IMG/VR virus record: IMGVR_UViG_3300049004_000016
Span: 32,001 to 96,000 of that record
Reading direction: 5' to 3' (one strand)
DNA length: 64,000 nt
Source of the DNA: a virus
Taxonomy: Duplodnaviria; Caudoviricetes
Shown: in pieces, positions 1 through 9,451 of the stretch
Position numbering within the stretch: the first letter of the stretch is position 1
Layout of the letters: every line of letters starts with the position of its first letter
Translations under genes and position numbers: made by a program
The notes under the pieces: model-generated
Databases searched by the model: none
Told to the model about the DNA's origin: nothing
Seen by the model: the letters and a program-made list of their open reading frames with translations, nothing else

Positions 1-44
1 TTGACAATGACCCTACACCCAACGCGGGTCGCCGTCACTACCGG

Positions 45-1409
45 TCAATCCCCGATCCGCGCCTGGTGACCCCGCCACCGCAACTCCACCTCACCGCACC
101 GCCCGAACCGATTCTTAGCGATGATCATGGTGATCATCCCAGTCGGCCGGTCCTCCTCATCCGTCTCGTGATGCAACATCAACACCACATCAGCGTCCTG
201 CTCCGTCGAACCCGACTCCCGCAAATCCGACAACCCCGGCTTACGCCCAGCCTTGGAGTTATCCCGGTTGAGCTGCGCAGCCGTCACTATCGGGATGCCC
301 AACTCTTTGGCCAGCAACTTGATCGACTTGGAGATGTGCGCGACCTGCTGTTCCCGCACCACCTTGCGTGACGTCGGCTCCACCAACTGCAAATAATCGA
401 GGAACGCCAACGCCAACCCGCTATTGCGCACCAGCGACCGGCACACCTGGGCGATGTACTCGATCGTCAACCCAGCCCGATCAATCACCCACAACGGCAT
501 GTCCCGAAAGGACTCCCCGTACTCCGTGACCCTCCGGTGAGTCTCATCCGACATCGCGTACTTGACGATTTCGGTGTACTCCGCCGCGCCACCAGCCGCC
601 AGGATCTTCCCCGTCACCTCAAACGAGCTCATCTCAGCGCTGACCACCAACGCCGGAAACCCCGCCTCAGCCGCCCCCGCCGCGATGTTCAACCCACCCG
701 TGGTCTTGCCGGCGCCCGGCCGCGCCGCGATCAGATACGACCTACCGGGGTGGAACCCACCACCCAACAGAACGTTGATCTCCGGCCACGGCGTCGGCAC
801 CACCTCCCCGACCTCGATGCCCCCGGCCATCTGCTTGGTCCAGGCGTCGTACAGATCCCCGAACTGGACCACGTCACCGTCATGGTCACCGGTGGTCGTG
901 GCCGCCTCCACTTCCTTGCGGACGAACGCCAGCACGTCAGCCATCGACGCACCCCGGTTGCCGTGCTCGGCGAGCTGCCTGATCCGCAGGCCCGCTTCCC
1001 GGACTCGGCGTAGCACCGCCTTGTCGGCCACGATCCCCGAGTAGTACGTGACGTTGCTCGCCGTGGGCACCACCTGGGTCAGGGTGTGCAGGTACGGGGC
1101 GCCACCACACCGGGTCAACTGGCCGCGTGCCTCCAGCTCGTTGGCCACGGTCACCGGGTCCACCGCCTCGCCCTTGGCCCACAGCTCGGTGATCACTTCC
1201 CAGATTTGGCCGTGCGTCGGGCGGTAGAAGTCCTTGACGGTCAACCCGCCCGCGATCTCATCCAACGCCCGGTGGGAGATCATCACACTGCCCAGAACCG
1301 CTTGCTCCGCGCGCAAATCCTGGGGTGGTTGGGTGTCCTCGGTTGGTTCCGGGTCCAGGTCCTCCTCCGGTGGTGGCTCCGGTGGTAGGTACTCCTCGGT
1401 GATGGTCAC
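45..1409 (-). CDS. dnaB: DnaB-like replicative DNA helicase
   Basis: N-terminal AEQAVLG...DFY..H domain, Walker A AARPGAGKT, SAEMS, DYLQL, QLNR, SDLRESGSTEQDAD, KNRFG. Confidence 0.95.
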   Translation of the reverse strand: MTITEEYLPPEPPPEEDLDPEPTEDTQPPQDLRAEQAVLGSVMISHRALDEIAGGLTVKDFYRPTHGQIWEVITELWAKGEAVDPVTVANELEARGQLTRCGGAPYLHTLTQVVPTASNVTYYSGIVADKAVLRRVREAGLRIRQLAEHGNRGASMADVLAFVRKEVEAATTTGDHDGDVVQFGDLYDAWTKQMAGGIEVGEVVPTPWPEINVLLGGGFHPGRSYLIAARPGAGKTTGGLNIAAGAAEAGFPALVVSAEMSSFEVTGKILAAGGAAEYTEIVKYAMSDETHRRVTEYGESFRDMPLWVIDRAGLTIEYIAQVCRSLVRNSGLALAFLDYLQLVEPTSRKVVREQQVAHISKSIKLLAKELGIPIVTAAQLNRDNSKAGRKPGLSDLRESGSTEQDADVVLMLHHETDEEDRPTGMITMIIAKNRFGRCGEVELRWRGHQARIGD

Positions 1410-2050
1410 GACCGGCGCCGGTCTGCGCCTTTGAAGCTCACCGTCGTTGTCATCGCACGCAACCGTGACGCCACCCGCTCACCCAGCGTCGGCTCCAGCT
1501 CACGCGGCAGCAGGTTGCTGGTGATGATCGTCGGCTTGTTCCACGCATACCGGTGATCCAGCAGCCGGTAGTTCTGCTCAGCCGCCCACTCCGTGTCCTT
1601 CGACGCACCCATGTCGTCAATGACCAACACCGCGACCTTGGAGTACCGCTCGAACTCCTCCTCAGAGTCGATACGCGGTCGCGGTCGCAGCTTCGCGACG
1701 AACCCAGCCTCAGTGATGCACTCCCACCGGCACCGCGCACCCGACTGGACCAGCGCCTGGATCGCGCCGTACGCGGCGTAGGTCTTGCCCGTGCCCACCG
1801 GACCCAGGAACAACAGCGACGGGCCGCGCACGATCGCCGGGCACGGGCTGCGGTCATCTTCCCTCGCCAACCGCACCAGCGCCTGCATCCACCCCAGGAT
1901 CAAGGGGTGCTCCACGGTCGCGCCCACGTACAGCGGGGGCACCCGCGTCCGCACCGACGCCGCACCCTCGGTCAGGTTCTCCTCGATCAGGTGCCGATCG
2001 AAAACCGGGTTGTCGTCCCCGGTGACCGACCCGAGTTCATCGGTGCTCAC
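1406..2050 (-). CDS. DnaC/IstB-like AAA+ ATPase (helicase loader)
   Basis: Walker A GPVGTGKT, Walker B VIDDMG, TIITSN, GERVASRL. Overlaps the dnaB start. Confidence 0.9.
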   Translation of the reverse strand: MSTDELGSVTGDDNPVFDRHLIEENLTEGAASVRTRVPPLYVGATVEHPLILGWMQALVRLAREDDRSPCPAIVRGPSLLFLGPVGTGKTYAAYGAIQALVQSGARCRWECITEAGFVAKLRPRPRIDSEEEFERYSKVAVLVIDDMGASKDTEWAAEQNYRLLDHRYAWNKPTIITSNLLPRELEPTLGERVASRLRAMTTTVSFKGADRRRS

Positions 2051-2283
2051 AGGGCCACCGCCCCAAGCTCGACGCGCCGGGCGCCTTCACTCGCAGCCCT
2101 GTACCTGGTGCTGAACGCCAACCCCGGCACGTCGGGGTGGGCGTAGAAGTAGCTCCCCACAGACGTGCGTTGACGGTGCCCAGCCCGGTGGGACGCTGCA
2201 AGGCTGGCCCGCTGCTCGCTGGTGTACCGCTGGAAGTACCGCACCACCCGCTTGGCCTCGATCTTCACCGCTTCGTCATCCAT
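2047..2283 (-). CDS. Hypothetical phage protein
   Basis: ATG at 2283 is preceded by the GACACGGAGG leader and a GTAAC-N18-GAT promoter motif. An alternative GTG start lies at 2358. Confidence 0.6.
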   Translation of the reverse strand: MDDEAVKIEAKRVVRYFQRYTSEQRASLAASHRAGHRQRTSVGSYFYAHPDVPGLAFSTRYRAASEGARRVELGAVAL

Positions 2284-2326
2284 CACTGCCTCCGTGTCGT
2301 CGCCGGGACGTCCCCGGTCATCGGGT

Positions 2327-2354
2327 GTATCGCTGCTGGTAGGCACGGTGTTAC
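2327..2354 (-). promoter_or_regulatory. GTAAC-N18-GATA promoter-like motif (copy 1)
   Basis: Reverse strand reads GTAAC accgtgcctaccagcagc GATAC, with the same spacing as four other copies. Confidence 0.6.
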
Positions 2355-3404
2355 TCACCACGCCTCGTCGTAGACGCCCTGGTCGGCCAGCGCTGGGCTC
2401 TTGAAATCCCTGATCCGGTTCGGCTGCGCCTGCCGATACCCCGCGACCCGCGCCGCTGCCGTCAACTCCCGCTCCAACGACCACCAACCCTGCCGGCCAG
2501 CGGTCTTCGCCGACTCGATCAGCCGCTCCACCGAGTTCCCTGCCGCTAGGAGCGCCTTCGCTTCCTTGCCGACCTGCCCACACCGGTAGCCGGGTGGCTC
2601 CGCACCGGTCGTGCGGTAGGCATCGACCCACGCCGCCACAACGTCACCGGCGTTCTTCGCGCGGGCCTCAGCGTCAGGATCGGGCGCCTTGCCGCGCTTA
2701 CGGGACTTCCCGGCCGGAGGCTGACCGCCGAAGAGGTCGGTGACCGTCGCCCCCTCCCCGCCCATGATCGACTCGGCGGGACTTTGGGTACCAACCTCCG
2801 GTGGTGCCGTCCGGCTGGTGCGCCTAGCCGTTGCCGTTGAACCCCCGGCCTCGACGGTGGGATCAACTCCGCCCGCATCGGCGCGAGCCGTTGCGGAAGG
2901 TTTTGAGGTTCTTGGTTGTACTTGTTGTGTTTCAACTTGTAATCCTTCTGACCCCCCTGAGGGGGGTGACCGGTCACCCCTGATTTCGGGGTATCCCCCC
3001 CCCGAACGGGTGACCCCTGATTTCGGGGTACCCCCCTGACGTGCTGCGTAGTAGGAGGTCCGGTCTCGCGGCCCCCGGTCGTAGTCGGGCGGTGGCGACA
3101 GGTGGACCACATAGCGGTTGTGCCGGCCGTGTTGAGCGGCGACGGTTTGGACGTCAACGGCGCCGATCTCGACCAGTTCCTTGATCGCGTTCTGGATGGT
3201 TTCGGCCTTCTTGACTCCGAGCATGGACGCCAGCGTTCGTTGCGATGGCCATGCTTCGTCGTCGTTGAGTCCGTCGCAGTGCATCCGCAGGAGGCCGTAG
3301 ACGCGTACGGCGCGGTCAGAGATCGGCGCTAGGAGGACCCAGTCGCCTACGGAGGTGTAGCCGCTGGGTCGTCCGGTGCGGACCTCGAACTGGGTAGTGC
3401 TCAT
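2355..3404 (-). CDS. Phage replication initiator (N-terminal HTH)
   Basis: ISDRAVRVYGLL..AWPSQRTLASMLG..TIQNAIKELVEIGAV winged HTH. Upstream of loader and helicase. ATGA overlap at 3401-3404. Confidence 0.8.
   Translation of the reverse strand: MSTTQFEVRTGRPSGYTSVGDWVLLAPISDRAVRVYGLLRMHCDGLNDDEAWPSQRTLASMLGVKKAETIQNAIKELVEIGAVDVQTVAAQHGRHNRYVVHLSPPPDYDRGPRDRTSYYAARQGGTPKSGVTRSGGGYPEIRGDRSPPSGGSEGLQVETQQVQPRTSKPSATARADAGGVDPTVEAGGSTATARRTSRTAPPEVGTQSPAESIMGGEGATVTDLFGGQPPAGKSRKRGKAPDPDAEARAKNAGDVVAAWVDAYRTTGAEPPGYRCGQVGKEAKALLAAGNSVERLIESAKTAGRQGWWSLERELTAAARVAGYRQAQPNRIRDFKSPALADQGVYDEAW
2899..3036. repeat. Putative replication origin: iteron-like repeats plus AT-rich tract
   Basis: Identical 18-mers ACCCCTGATTTCGGGGTA at 2976-2993 and 3013-3030, palindrome at 2951-2967, T-rich tract at 2899-2949, all inside the initiator gene. 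Confidence 0.65.
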
Positions 3405-3679
3405 CTGTCCACCGCCATGGCTGGGATGTTGAAGATCAGGTACTCCCCGTTGATTTGGCGGGGGTCGACCTCGATCTCTCGGATGTCGATCAGGCTGTTG
3501 ATGGCGCGGCCCACCGCTGAGACGCTGGGTAGCGCGCACATCTGGGCGATCGTGGGGTAATTGGGGACGACGCCTTCGCCGTTGGTGTCTGCGTTGTGGG
3601 CGAGGGCGAGGAACACCAGCCGGTTGGTGCCGCGTGTCTTGGAGTTCAGCCAGACCCACGCGGTGGCTTCCTGGCTCAT
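3401..3679 (-). CDS. Small HTH DNA-binding protein
   Basis: LVFLALA..A...G...P...TIAQMC....AVGRAINSL pattern typical of phage replication-region HTH proteins. Confidence 0.7.
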   Translation of the reverse strand: MSQEATAWVWLNSKTRGTNRLVFLALAHNADTNGEGVVPNYPTIAQMCALPSVSAVGRAINSLIDIREIEVDPRQINGEYLIFNIPAMAVDR

Positions 3680-3858
3680 CGGGTCACCTCACCGTCTGCG
3701 GTGAGAGCCCCGGCATAGACAAGCTCAGCGTCGGGCGATGGGTGTCCGCAGAAGGGGCATTGCTGTTCCCGCATGCGGTTCAGGGTTTGGGTGTAGCTGT
3801 CGGTGCAGTTCCCGCAGGTGACTTCGCGGGTTGCTACGGCGGCGCTCATCGGGTCCAC
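3676..3858 (-). CDS. Small zinc-ribbon protein
   Basis: CGNC and CPFC motifs, translationally coupled to its neighbour. Confidence 0.55.
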   Translation of the reverse strand: MDPMSAAVATREVTCGNCTDSYTQTLNRMREQQCPFCGHPSPDAELVYAGALTADGEVTR

Positions 3859-4185
3859 CGCCCGCTACCAGCGTCGGTGCCCAGGAAAGAAAACGGCCCC
3901 AGAGCACGCTGTCCAGGCGGCTCTGGGGCAACTGCTTCGTTGCACCCGCTGAGAGGTGACGGTGGCAGTGTAATGGATACAGGAAAATCGGTGCACGTCA
4001 TGGGCGTTCCTCTCAGCGGTGGCCTGACCTCTCGCCCGGTCGGCCTAGTTGGTCGCCTTACCGGCCTGGACACCCGGTAACGCGCGGTTGGTAACACTAC
4101 CTCGGATCAACTCCACTGATGGTGTCGTTCCGTGGTCCCGCTACGTTACGCCTAGTGGTCGACTGTCACGCCAACCACTAGACTG

Positions 4186-4214
4186 TTGACACTGACCCGG
4201 CAGGGGGTTAGGTT
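4186..4214 (+). promoter_or_regulatory. Housekeeping-sigma-type promoter TTGACA-N17-TAGGTT
   Basis: Matches the actinobacterial SigA/HrdB consensus at the start of the rightward early region. Confidence 0.7.
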
Positions 4215-4258
4215 GGTGTTGGTGGTTGACGGACCACCCCAAAGACACGGAGGCCCTG

Positions 4259-4591
4259 ATGGGAACCACATGGCACGCCAAATACCCTGGCCAGCCCGAC
4301 GATGAGCCCGGCTTGCACATCGGCAAATTCTCTGGTGGGTGGGAGTTCTTGTTCCGCGCGCACACCGAGTTGGGATTGACGTCGAGCACCGCGTGGCGCC
4401 GGTTCTTAGACCACCCGTGGGTGACGATCGTCGCTGAGACTGGCGTGGAGGTCACCGCCAGTGAGTTCTGGGAAGACGTGGCCCGCCGGTCCGGTCACCG
4501 CCAGCACGAGGAAGACGCCCAGGCCCAGTTGGGTGACCGGATGTGGCGCGACTCCGCTGGTCATGTGTTCTTCAACGTCGAGTTCTGCTGA
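4259..4591 (+). CDS. Hypothetical phage protein
   Basis: GACACGGAGG RBS leader. LHIGKFSGGWEFLF and terminal FFNVEFC look like a conserved phage family. Confidence 0.7.
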   Translation: MGTTWHAKYPGQPDDEPGLHIGKFSGGWEFLFRAHTELGLTSSTAWRRFLDHPWVTIVAETGVEVTASEFWEDVARRSGHRQHEEDAQAQLGDRMWRDSAGHVFFNVEFC

Positions 4592-4670
4592 TCTACCCGG
4601 TGGGCAAGTCCTGTGCGAGAGGGCCTGGACCGCTGCCCACCGGGGTTACACCGACACGGATGGAGAGGCA

Positions 4671-5126
4671 ATGATCGACATCACCAGCAGGCCGGAGTAC
4701 AACCCGCTCGGCACCGTCAGGGGCAGCATCGGTGGCGGCTCCTGGGTCCTGACCGGTGTGTTCCTGCCAACCCCGGCACCCAACATGTGGGTATCGGTGC
4801 TCACCGGTGAGCATGTGACGCACCTGATGATCTCCCTGTCAGGGATGCCCGTGATCGGTGCAGTGCCAGGCACACCAGCGTGGGAGCTGTGGAAGAACTA
4901 CCGGATGTCCGTCGACACACAGTGCACGGCAGAGACGGATCTGGCTGACGGGCCAACCCGGTGCACGTTCGACGCCGACCACCGAGGGCAGCACTCATTC
5001 CAAGACCAGGTCATCAGACTGTGCGCCATCCAGCGCAGCGGCAGCTACTGCCGGCGGTTACGCGGCCACGACGGCCCCTGCGCCTGGCCGCCAGACGATG
5101 GCGACCACGAAGACACCTACCAGTAA
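4671..5126 (+). CDS. Hypothetical protein with two C-terminal C..C...H.G.H/C motifs
   Basis: GGAGAGG RBS and Cys/His-rich C-terminus. Confidence 0.6.
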   Translation: MIDITSRPEYNPLGTVRGSIGGGSWVLTGVFLPTPAPNMWVSVLTGEHVTHLMISLSGMPVIGAVPGTPAWELWKNYRMSVDTQCTAETDLADGPTRCTFDADHRGQHSFQDQVIRLCAIQRSGSYCRRLRGHDGPCAWPPDDGDHEDTYQ

Positions 5127-5139
5127 CGGAGCGTGCGTT

Positions 5140-6366
5140 GTGAAGATCTATGACCTGCTGGACATGGAAATGCTGGTCCACGCGCTGATCCCTGGCGGGT
5201 ACATCAGGGCACAGACCCACCCCGCGTGGCCTGACCTGGTGATCCTGAACTACACCGAGAAGTGCGCGTTCGAGCGCGCGTGGAACAAGATCACCAGCAC
5301 CTGCCGTGGCTTGATCTACAACGTGGCCACGGGGGAGGTCCTGGCGCGCCCGTTCCCGAAGTTCTTCAACTACGGCGAGCCCGGCGCACCGGAGATCCCC
5401 TTGGACACGCGGGTGGAGGTCACGGACAAACTGGACGGGTCACTCGGGATTCTGTACCCCACCCCGGATGGTGAGTGGGCGGTCGCGACTCGGGGCAGCT
5501 TTGATTCCGAGCAGGCACGCCACGCAACCAAGGTGTGGCAGCGCCGGTACGCGGACCAGTGCGGTCGGCTGGGGATTCCCTTCGCTGGTATGACGCTGCT
5601 GTTCGAGATCATCTACCCCGCCAACCGGATCGTGGTCGACTACAGCGACCTCGATGACCTGGTGCTGCTGGGTGCGGTGGAAATTGAGCACGGGTACTCG
5701 TTCAGCCCGTATGAGGATGAGGCAGTCGGCGACTGGCCCGGCCCGCGTGCGGTGTCCTTCGGGCATCCGACGCTGGCTGATGCGTTGGCGATGAAACCCC
5801 GTCCCGGTGCGGAGGGTGTGGTGGTGCGCCGGTGGCACTCCGAGGACAGGATCAAGCTCAAGCAGGACGAGTACGTGACCTTGCACCGTTTGATCACAGG
5901 GTGCACGGCGCGTCGGTTGTGGGAGAGCCTGGCGGTCAACGCGTGCGCGCCGCTGGGTGACACCAAGTCCCTGACCCGGCGGTTGTTCCTGGCACCGGAC
6001 CGTATCAACGGGATTCTGGAGATCGGCCCCGGCTGGTTGGAGCCGTTCACCACGCAGGTACCGGAGGAGTTCCGGGACTGGGTGATCCAACGGGTCCAGG
6101 AGATGACTGACGCGATCGAGCGCCGCCGGATGATGCTGGAGTTCAGCTTCGGGTTCCTCCTGTCCCAGGCTGGCCTCCCGATCAACGCGCCACGGGACCG
6201 GGAGACCAGCAAGCGGTTCGTGGAGGTCGCCCGCGCACAGGCAGGGGATGACTTCAACCTGATGATGTCGTTCTGGCGCGGCCACGAGATCGAGTCCACG
6301 TTGTGGCGGGAGATCCGCCCGGAACACGAGCTGCCCTACCGGGCAGTGGATGAGTCGGTGGCGTGA
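5140..6366 (+). CDS. T4 Rnl1-like RNA ligase
   Basis: CRGLI, ARPFPKFFN, motif I TDKLDGSLG, ATRGSF, FEIIYPANRIVV, EGVVV, RIKLK. Confidence 0.9.
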   Translation: MKIYDLLDMEMLVHALIPGGYIRAQTHPAWPDLVILNYTEKCAFERAWNKITSTCRGLIYNVATGEVLARPFPKFFNYGEPGAPEIPLDTRVEVTDKLDGSLGILYPTPDGEWAVATRGSFDSEQARHATKVWQRRYADQCGRLGIPFAGMTLLFEIIYPANRIVVDYSDLDDLVLLGAVEIEHGYSFSPYEDEAVGDWPGPRAVSFGHPTLADALAMKPRPGAEGVVVRRWHSEDRIKLKQDEYVTLHRLITGCTARRLWESLAVNACAPLGDTKSLTRRLFLAPDRINGILEIGPGWLEPFTTQVPEEFRDWVIQRVQEMTDAIERRRMMLEFSFGFLLSQAGLPINAPRDRETSKRFVEVARAQAGDDFNLMMSFWRGHEIESTLWREIRPEHELPYRAVDESVA

Positions 6367-6606
6367 TGCCGGCGCGGCGCGGGACTTGGCACCCGCCTCG
6401 CCCGGCGAGGAAACGCAAAGGCATCAGGCCGGGCATGTTGGTGATCTGCCCGTGGTGTGAGCGGTCGGGTGTGCACGTCACCAAGAAGGGTTTGATCGAG
6501 CATCCCGGTAGGGACCTCGACACCGGTGCGCCACCGTGTGTGGGGTCGGGTCAGCGGGTCGCTATCGGGGCGTTCGGTCGGATCATCAAGGAATCGGAGG
6601 CACGCA

Positions 6607-7020
6607 ATGAGCAGGCACAGGCACAACCGGGATCACTACCCCAGGAGGCCACGGCCGGTGAACCGGCCACCGGAACGGAAACCGGAGCTGGCCGCGACGA
6701 CTCCCAAGACGCGGAGGAGCCGACCCCCGGTGATCCGGTACGTGCCGGTGGTCAGGCACCTGCGTCGGCCCAAGCCCACACCGGTGGACCCACCCACTGA
6801 CCCACCGACGTTTGAGGTGGAGATCGAGTACCGGCACCGGCAGGTTGTGTGGTTGGAGGTCGCGTTGCTGATGGCGGTCACCGCATGGATGGGCTACTAC
6901 GTATACGTCCAGCACTCGACCTCGGTGTTCTTCCCCGGCGACGCTAAGTGGGTGTTCTGGGTGATGGTGGGAGCCACAGTGTGGACCACGATCGACAAAC
7001 TCGTGGATGAAAGGGAGTAG
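6607..7020 (+). CDS. Hypothetical membrane protein
   Basis: Basic N-terminus followed by two hydrophobic segments. Confidence 0.5.
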   Translation: MSRHRHNRDHYPRRPRPVNRPPERKPELAATTPKTRRSRPPVIRYVPVVRHLRRPKPTPVDPPTDPPTFEVEIEYRHRQVVWLEVALLMAVTAWMGYYVYVQHSTSVFFPGDAKWVFWVMVGATVWTTIDKLVDERE

Positions 7021-7025
7021 GAGCG

Positions 7026-7724
7026 ATGGACGTTCTGCTACTGGGGGTGGTCGGTTCCCACGCCTACGGCATGGCCCGCCCAGACTCCGACGTCGACACG
7101 TTGGGGGTGTACGCCGAGGAAACGATCAAGTTCCATGGGCTGAACCCACCGACCCGCGACCAGGCCACCAAACACACCACCAACCCGGACCTGACCATGC
7201 ACGAGGCCGGCAAGTTCGCGCGCCTCGCCCTGGCGGCCAACCCCACGGTGATGGAGCTGCTGTGGCTGCCGAAGTACACCGAGGCCAGCGCACTGGGGTA
7301 TCGGCTCGTGGGGTTGCGTCGCCAGTTCCTGTCCCAGCGGCTGGTCAAAGATTCCTACCTGGGGTACGCGACCCAGCAGTTCGTCAAGTTGAAGCAGGCC
7401 GGGAGGTTCCCGGACGTGCCGGTCGCGCGGGTCGCCAAGCACGCCCGTCACTTGCTGCGTCTGGTGGAGCAGGGCACCCATTTGTGGGTCACCGGTGAGC
7501 TGGTTCTCAAGGTCCCCGACGCCAAGCGCGTGTTCGACTTCGGTGACCGGGTCGCTGATGGTGATGTCGAGGCAGCGAAGTGGGTCATGAAGCGCGCTGA
7601 GGAGACTTTCGCCCACTCGCCCACGGTGCTGGCGACCGCACCGGACGCCGCTGCGGTGGAGTCGTGGCTGTTGGATGTCCGCGCGGCGTATTACCCGAGG
7701 GCCACAGCCTCCGCCAGCGGTTGA
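7026..7724 (+). CDS. Pol-beta superfamily nucleotidyltransferase (YcgL/NrdC.11-like)
   Basis: GSHAYG...DSDVD.LGVY signature, NPTVMELL, KHARHLLRL. Confidence 0.85.
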   Translation: MDVLLLGVVGSHAYGMARPDSDVDTLGVYAEETIKFHGLNPPTRDQATKHTTNPDLTMHEAGKFARLALAANPTVMELLWLPKYTEASALGYRLVGLRRQFLSQRLVKDSYLGYATQQFVKLKQAGRFPDVPVARVAKHARHLLRLVEQGTHLWVTGELVLKVPDAKRVFDFGDRVADGDVEAAKWVMKRAEETFAHSPTVLATAPDAAAVESWLLDVRAAYYPRATASASG

Positions 7725-7749
7725 CCTTGACCCCCCATGGGGGTAGGTT
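7721..7749 (+). promoter_or_regulatory. Promoter TTGACC-N17-TAGGTT
   Basis: Same architecture as the promoter at 4186, upstream of the PNK gene. Confidence 0.6.
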
Positions 7750-7796
7750 CATGGCTGTTGGCGACGGTCAACGACACGATACGGAGGGACAACGCA

Positions 7797-8756
7797 GTGA
7801 CCAAACTGATCATCACACGTGGGTTGCCCGGCAGCGGCAAAACCACCTGGGCACGGGAGTACCTGGCCAGCCAGCCACGCGGGTCAGTGATGCGCCTGAA
7901 CCGAGACGACCTCCGGCGCATGGGCATAGACGCCGGGTACGGCAAGCCGGAACGCGCCGTCGAGCAACGCATCAGCGTCGCCCGTGACGCAGCCCTACGG
8001 GACCTGCTGCGATCTGGGTGCGACGTCATCGTGGACGACACCAACCTGCGATCTAAGTACGTGCGCGACATGATGATCGTCGCCCAGGCCGCCGGTGCCG
8101 ATGTGCAGATCATGAACTTCACCTACGTCTCGCTGGAGGAGTGCATCCGCCGGGATTCCTGCCGGGAGTGGCCTGAGTGCGTCGGTGAGGAAGTGATCCG
8201 TGGGATGCACCTGCGGTACCTGGCCCAACACCACGGCAAGCCACCACCGGTGCCCGTGGTCGGGCCGCCCACCGCCACACCAGCGGCACCGGTGAAGGCG
8301 TACGTCCCACCGGCCCGGCCCGCGCCCCACGCTTTCCTGGTCGATCTGGACGGCACGCTGGCGTTGATGAACGGCCGGGGCCCCTACGACGAGACCTGTG
8401 TGATCGATGACCTGCCCAACACTCCAGTCATCGAAACGGTGCGTGCGTTGATCGGAAGGAGCTGGGACCCGATCTTCATGTCCGGTCGCACCGATGGGTG
8501 CCGGGCCGACACCGAGGTGTGGCTACTCAAGCACGTATTCGGGTCGGAAATGATCACCCCACGGCTGTACGCGCCGCTGCTGATGCGCGCTGCCGGTGAC
8601 ACGCGGCCGGACTCGGTGGTCAAGCTGGAACTGTTCAACGCCCACGTCCGCGACCAGTACAACGTGCGCCTAGTCCTCGATGACCGCGCGAGTGTAATAA
8701 AAATGTGGAGATCACTTGGCTTAACCGTGTTCCAAGTTGCGGAGGGGGACTTTTAG
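7797..8756 (+). CDS. Polynucleotide 5'-kinase/3'-phosphatase (T4 PseT-like)
   Basis: GLPGSGKTT, NRDDLR, VDDTNL, then HAD domain DLDGT, SGR, DDR. Confidence 0.93.
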   Translation: MTKLIITRGLPGSGKTTWAREYLASQPRGSVMRLNRDDLRRMGIDAGYGKPERAVEQRISVARDAALRDLLRSGCDVIVDDTNLRSKYVRDMMIVAQAAGADVQIMNFTYVSLEECIRRDSCREWPECVGEEVIRGMHLRYLAQHHGKPPPVPVVGPPTATPAAPVKAYVPPARPAPHAFLVDLDGTLALMNGRGPYDETCVIDDLPNTPVIETVRALIGRSWDPIFMSGRTDGCRADTEVWLLKHVFGSEMITPRLYAPLLMRAAGDTRPDSVVKLELFNAHVRDQYNVRLVLDDRASVIKMWRSLGLTVFQVAEGDF

Positions 8757-8794
8757 TCGTGCATTCTGATCAATACACGGAGGATCAACCGATC

Positions 8795-9451
8795 ATGAAC
8801 ACCGAGTACCAGAAGGTCAACACAGTGTGGAAACGCGACCCGCGCGGCCGGGTCCTGGCCGGTGAGTACTCCTGCCCGGAGTTCGGGTACCTCGCCGAGC
8901 TGGATTGGTTGTGGACGGAGAAGGTCGACGGCACCAACATCCGGCTGCGCTACGACGGCACCGAGAACTTCCGCGCCAACACCCACACCTACGTCGCGGG
9001 CCGGACCGACAACGCCCAACTACCACCGAAACTGCTCAATGTCCTGATGGCGATCATGGAAGACGCCCCGTTTGAGGTGCTGTTCGGTGACGGCCGAAAC
9101 GACGTGACCCTCTACGGGGAGGGGTACGGCGCCAACATCCAGAAAGGTGGCGGCAAGTACAAACCGGACGGCTGCGACTTCGTCCTGTTCGACGTCAAGA
9201 TCGGCAACTGGTGGCTGATGCGCTCCGACGTCGAGGAGATCGCCACCAAACTCGGGCTCGACGTCGTCCCGATCATCGGCACCGGCCCCCTGCAAGCCGC
9301 GATCGAACTGGTCGCCGAGGGGTTCCCGTCCGCGCGGTGGCCCGGAGTCGACATCGCCGAGGGCCTGGTATGCCGGCCACAGGTGGAACTGATCGACCGT
9401 GGCGGCCACCGCATCCTCACCAAGATCAAGCACAAGGATTTTCGCCGGTGA
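8795..9451 (+). CDS. Second ATP-dependent RNA ligase (compact, Rnl2-like nucleotidyltransferase domain)
   Basis: TEKVDGTNI, LYGEGYG, FVLFDV, VVP, EGLVCRP, TKIK. Confidence 0.85.
   Translation: MNTEYQKVNTVWKRDPRGRVLAGEYSCPEFGYLAELDWLWTEKVDGTNIRLRYDGTENFRANTHTYVAGRTDNAQLPPKLLNVLMAIMEDAPFEVLFGDGRNDVTLYGEGYGANIQKGGGKYKPDGCDFVLFDVKIGNWWLMRSDVEEIATKLGLDVVPIIGTGPLQAAIELVAEGFPSARWPGVDIAEGLVCRPQVELIDRGGHRILTKIKHKDFRR

Noticed and set aside
1-30. TTGACAATGACC resembling the early promoter family
   Set aside because: No TAGG-type -10 at the right spacing, and context is cut off by the window edge.
2355-3659. 434-aa version of the initiator ORF
   Set aside because: The upstream extension overlaps the 3401-3679 HTH gene. 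ATG 3404 with ATGA coupling is the better start.
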